DNA from: Candidatus Sigynarchaeum calidifontis
GTDB lineage: Archaea > Asgardarchaeota > Lokiarchaeia > Sigyniarchaeales > Sigyniarchaeaceae
NCBI GenBank assembly: GCA_030587475.2
Contig: JAUQYZ020000230.1
Span: forward strand, 1 to 64,000
Length of the DNA: 64,000 bases
Reading direction: 5' to 3'
Made by a program: the position numbers and the translations under genes. The first letter of the stretch is position 1, and every line of letters begins with the position of its first letter. The notes under the pieces were generated by a model. The model made no database searches and was not told the origin of the DNA. It saw only the letters and a list, made by a program, of their open reading frames with translations. This document shows positions 61,118 to 64,000 of this stretch, in pieces.

Positions 61118-62200
61118 ATGGTTGGCCTTTCCTATTGTGACTTGTTCTGCGGCTGCGGCGGGTTCAGCGCCGGTTTTAAGGAGGCCGGTTTCCGGCCGCT
61201 CGGCGGCATCGATATGGACAAGATGGCGTGCGAGAGCTATAAAATAAATATCACGGGACGCGTTCGGAACGAGGACATAACCGGGGTGTTCGGCCTCGAT
61301 TTCGCGCGGTGGCTCGGCGAGCGACCCGACATCGTGCTGGCATCGCCGCCTTGCGAGGGGTTTTCCGACGCGAACGTGAGCCGGATCGATGACGCGTGGG
61401 ACCGGCTATATAATCCTCCCGGCTCGCTCACGATCGAGGCCATCGACTGGATTTGTGACCTCGATCCGAAGCTTGGCTTCATCATCGAGAACGTTCCCGC
61501 CATCGGCGAAGGGGCTCTTGCAGGATACATCGCTGACGAGTTGAAGCGTATTGGGTATAGCAAAGTATACTTCAACATGATCCGCGCCGAGCGGGTGGGG
61601 TCCCCCTCGAAGCGCCCTCGATTGTTCATCAGTAATATGAAATTCGAGGAGCCTCCCGAGATCCCCGCATACAACCGGTTCAAGAGGACAGCACTCGATG
61701 CGGGGAATGGTGATGTGAATGCCGGAGCGAGTGATGACTCGCAAGGCGAAGCCGGGATCGATGCCGGTGGCGCCGAAGAATCCTGTTATAGCCTCGTGAC
61801 CGTGATGGATGCCCTTGCCGACTTGCCCGATCCTACCGCCATTCACGCCATCCCCGACCACGAACCCGCACCGATCTCTGCGACGCGAGAGAAAGAGATC
61901 GCGAACCTCAAGTGGGGCAAGTCGCTAATGCAGTTCGAGGGATCGAATGGTACGATGAAGAACACGTGGATCCGGGTGCATCCGTTCGATATTGCCCCGA
62001 TCTTGATGGGTAAATCCACATTTATCCACCCGTTCGACAACCGGCAGCTCACGATCCGGGAATACGCGCGGCTTCAAGGTTTCCCAGACACGTTCTTGTT
62101 CTGCGGCGGCTTTTCCGAGAAGAAAAACCAGATCGGCGAGGCCGTCTCTCCCCTCGTGGCGTATTATCTCGCGCGGGTGATCGCGGACAAAACCACGTGA
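61118..62200 (+). CDS. C5-cytosine DNA methyltransferase
   Basis: DLFCGCGG, SPPCEGFS, IENV, R.RLF, RLQGFPD and QIGEAV motifs. Confidence 0.92.
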   Translation: MVGLSYCDLFCGCGGFSAGFKEAGFRPLGGIDMDKMACESYKINITGRVRNEDITGVFGLDFARWLGERPDIVLASPPCEGFSDANVSRIDDAWDRLYNPPGSLTIEAIDWICDLDPKLGFIIENVPAIGEGALAGYIADELKRIGYSKVYFNMIRAERVGSPSKRPRLFISNMKFEEPPEIPAYNRFKRTALDAGNGDVNAGASDDSQGEAGIDAGGAEESCYSLVTVMDALADLPDPTAIHAIPDHEPAPISATREKEIANLKWGKSLMQFEGSNGTMKNTWIRVHPFDIAPILMGKSTFIHPFDNRQLTIREYARLQGFPDTFLFCGGFSEKKNQIGEAVSPLVAYYLARVIADKTT

Positions 62201-62278
62201 TAGATCGCGTGGCGTATGGTATCGACAGAAGCGCGCCCTCGATCAACAATATATTGGCCATCGACGCAAGCTTCATTC

Positions 62279-64000
62279 ATGCAAATAACGGCGCCTCTCC
62301 TCGAGATCGCACGATTTTCGGACCACGTGCTGAAAAACAAGGACCAGAACTGCATCGACCTCGTCTGGGCGGATCCCCGGGATATTTCTCTCGTTCACGT
62401 CGTGTTCGAGCCAAGTTTTGTCTATATTGGCACCCCCTCCCTCATCTCGGGAGTATATTACTGGAAGTACAATTGGCCGGAGAAACGGCCGCAAGCAATC
62501 GAGGGATCCGGCCAATCCGGCTGGGAGGCGCGCGACGACTGGTACAAGGGCTCGTGGAAGGCAGCGGACATAACGAGCACCCGCCATCCAGGCGTGCCAT
62601 TAACTTTATCCTTTACATTCAAGCCGATTGCATCGAAAGATTATCCTGTCACGTTCCGGCGCTCCCTCAAATTGCGCATCCAGTTCAACAAGAAGATCGT
62701 GGACATTGACAAGGTGAAAGATATCCGCGTGTACACGACAACGCTCTGCGCCCCGACAAGCTTCTCGATCTGCGTGGATCCCGGCTGGATCGACGTGAAC
62801 AACATGTTCACCGCAACCATCTGGAACGGCTATTTCACGACCAATGACAAGCCAATCGAGGACTTGAAGGTGGGTAGCGCGTTCGACACGCCCGTCACGC
62901 TGCTCGCGGCTTTGCCGTCGGAGCCGTGGTCGTTCGACTGCACCCAAGTGACTATCTGGATTCCGGGCCGCAAGCCCTTCACGTTCGCCATGGATGATCT
63001 GGTGCGCCAGGGATATATCTTCGTGCCTGCGATGCATGTCCTCGTGCGCGCCGAGGGCAGTCTCATGTTATTTAACCAGGCATGGAGCGACATCAAGTCC
63101 CGGCAAGCCGCGGCGACTCACGAGCATCCCGGCACCCCGGAAACCCCAGCGTTGCTGGGCAAAAGCGTGTATGACAGATTGTTCGACCTTCCGGAACAAA
63201 AACTCGATCGTGCCCTCGAGAACTTCAAGGGGAAGCATCTTATGCATTTTATCCTCGGTTGTGAAGGAGTACGATCGAAATGCGCCCTTAGCATAGCAGG
63301 GAGCATCCATTCTGGGAACAGGTTCATCAAGAGAGTGGAAAGATCTGACACGCCAAGGGCAATCTGGAAAAAAGCAATGCTCAAGATCGCGAAAGTTGTC
63401 GCCGTCGATGATGAGCCCGCCGGGCTTGACTTGTCGACCACGCTCGAGAAACGGCACTTGTTGGACGGGTACATACCCGTGATGGTGTCGACGTGGAAAC
63501 TTCCCCGTGGTGTCGTGCTCGAGCAAGAAGCCTATGCAACGCTGCTGCGCGGCACGGTGGTCGGGCAGCGTCCTATCGGCGACGATGACATCGTCGTGAT
63601 GGAAAAGCTTACATTGAAAAACGAATCTACAACAGAACATGTGGTTTCTTTATCGTTAGTTTTTGGAGAATCCGACAGCATAAACGATGCCTCTCTCCCT
63701 GATCCTCTATTTGAAAACATTACCTTGCAACCCGCGGTGAATGTCGCCGGACGGGTTTTAACCCTTTCCACGAGCTCGGGGAAGGAGTATCGATGTATGG
63801 TCGTCCCCGGGGATGAAAGTATGATCCTATCGGGCGAACAAGACAAGATCCCGTCTCTGGAGCTCAAGATGATTTTATCCCCTGGTTCGTCAAAAAGCGC
63901 TAACTTCAAGCTGCCCATGCTTGCCATCGACGCGGCTGCAGTCGACAAGCATTTATCGAGCCTGGATCACGAGGGCGAGAAATTAAAGGTCGTTTCATAC
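62279..64000 (+). CDS. Large hypothetical protein, possibly glycoside-hydrolase-like (partial, runs off the window; absent from the ORF track)
   Basis: Frame from the ATG at 62279 reads MQITAPLLEIARFS...YYWKYNWPEK...GSGQSGWEARDDWYKGSW...FRRSLKLRIQF and is still open at the window end (LDHEGEKLKVVSY). Frame spot-checked, not fully translated. Confidence 0.75.
   Translation, partial: MQITAPLLEIARFSDHVLKNKDQNCIDLVWADPRDISLVHVVFEPSFVYIGTPSLISGVYYWKYNWPEKRPQAIEGSGQSGWEARDDWYKGSWKAADITSTRHPGVPLTLSFTFKPIASKDYPVTFRRSLKLRIQFNKKIVDIDKVKDIRVYTTTLCAPTSFSICVDPGWIDVNNMFTATIWNGYFTTNDKPIEDLKVGSAFDTPVTLLAALPSEPWSFDCTQVTIWIPGRKPFTFAMDDLVRQGYIFVPAMHVLVRAEGSLMLFNQAWSDIKSRQAAATHEHPGTPETPALLGKSVYDRLFDLPEQKLDRALENFKGKHLMHFILGCEGVRSKCALSIAGSIHSGNRFIKRVERSDTPRAIWKKAMLKIAKVVAVDDEPAGLDLSTTLEKRHLLDGYIPVMVSTWKLPRGVVLEQEAYATLLRGTVVGQRPIGDDDIVVMEKLTLKNESTTEHVVSLSLVFGESDSINDASLPDPLFENITLQPAVNVAGRVLTLSTSSGKEYRCMVVPGDESMILSGEQDKIPSLELKMILSPGSSKSANFKLPMLAIDAAAVDKHLSSLDHEGEKLKVVSY

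Noticed and set aside
1-64000. CRISPR array, IS/transposase, integrase or prophage
   Set aside because: No regularly spaced repeats, transposase or integrase motifs, or phage structural genes seen; no att-like duplication of the tRNA 3' end noticed.

Overview
Gene-dense, moderately GC-rich archaeal chromosomal region, most likely from an Asgard archaeon (Lokiarchaeia/Sigynarchaeales-like). This assignment is an inference from archaeal NOB1, FEN1, CDC48 and PIN genes, a Rab-like GTPase, a bacterial-type LeuRS with an archaeal C-terminus, and a CCA-less tRNA. Housekeeping content includes NAD kinase, nob1-fen1-cdc48, glycine cleavage gcvT-H-PA-PB, tldD/pmbA, leuS, an MgtE/PhoU-TrkA-C cluster and two DNA methyltransferases. 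The most notable observations are: (1) a putative local NikR regulon, with three 7-14-7 operator-like sites in front of an ECF S-like gene, a ChlD/CobN-ChlH class I chelatase operon and two uncharacterised small membrane proteins, which may form a nickel-scavenging or nickel-tetrapyrrole system; (2) a single-chain fusion of a radical SAM activating enzyme and a glycyl radical enzyme; (3) a Cys-less V4R/Bet3(TRAPP)-like gene 20 nt upstream of a Rab-like GTPase; (4) a tRNA-Ser(GCT) with a 46-nt variable arm; (5) a YihQ-like GH31 with an altered sulfonate-binding motif between two sulfatases; and (6) a probable assembly chimera with Firmicutes rnmV-rsmA DNA in the first ~150 nt. All family assignments come from motif recognition by eye; no searches were run.
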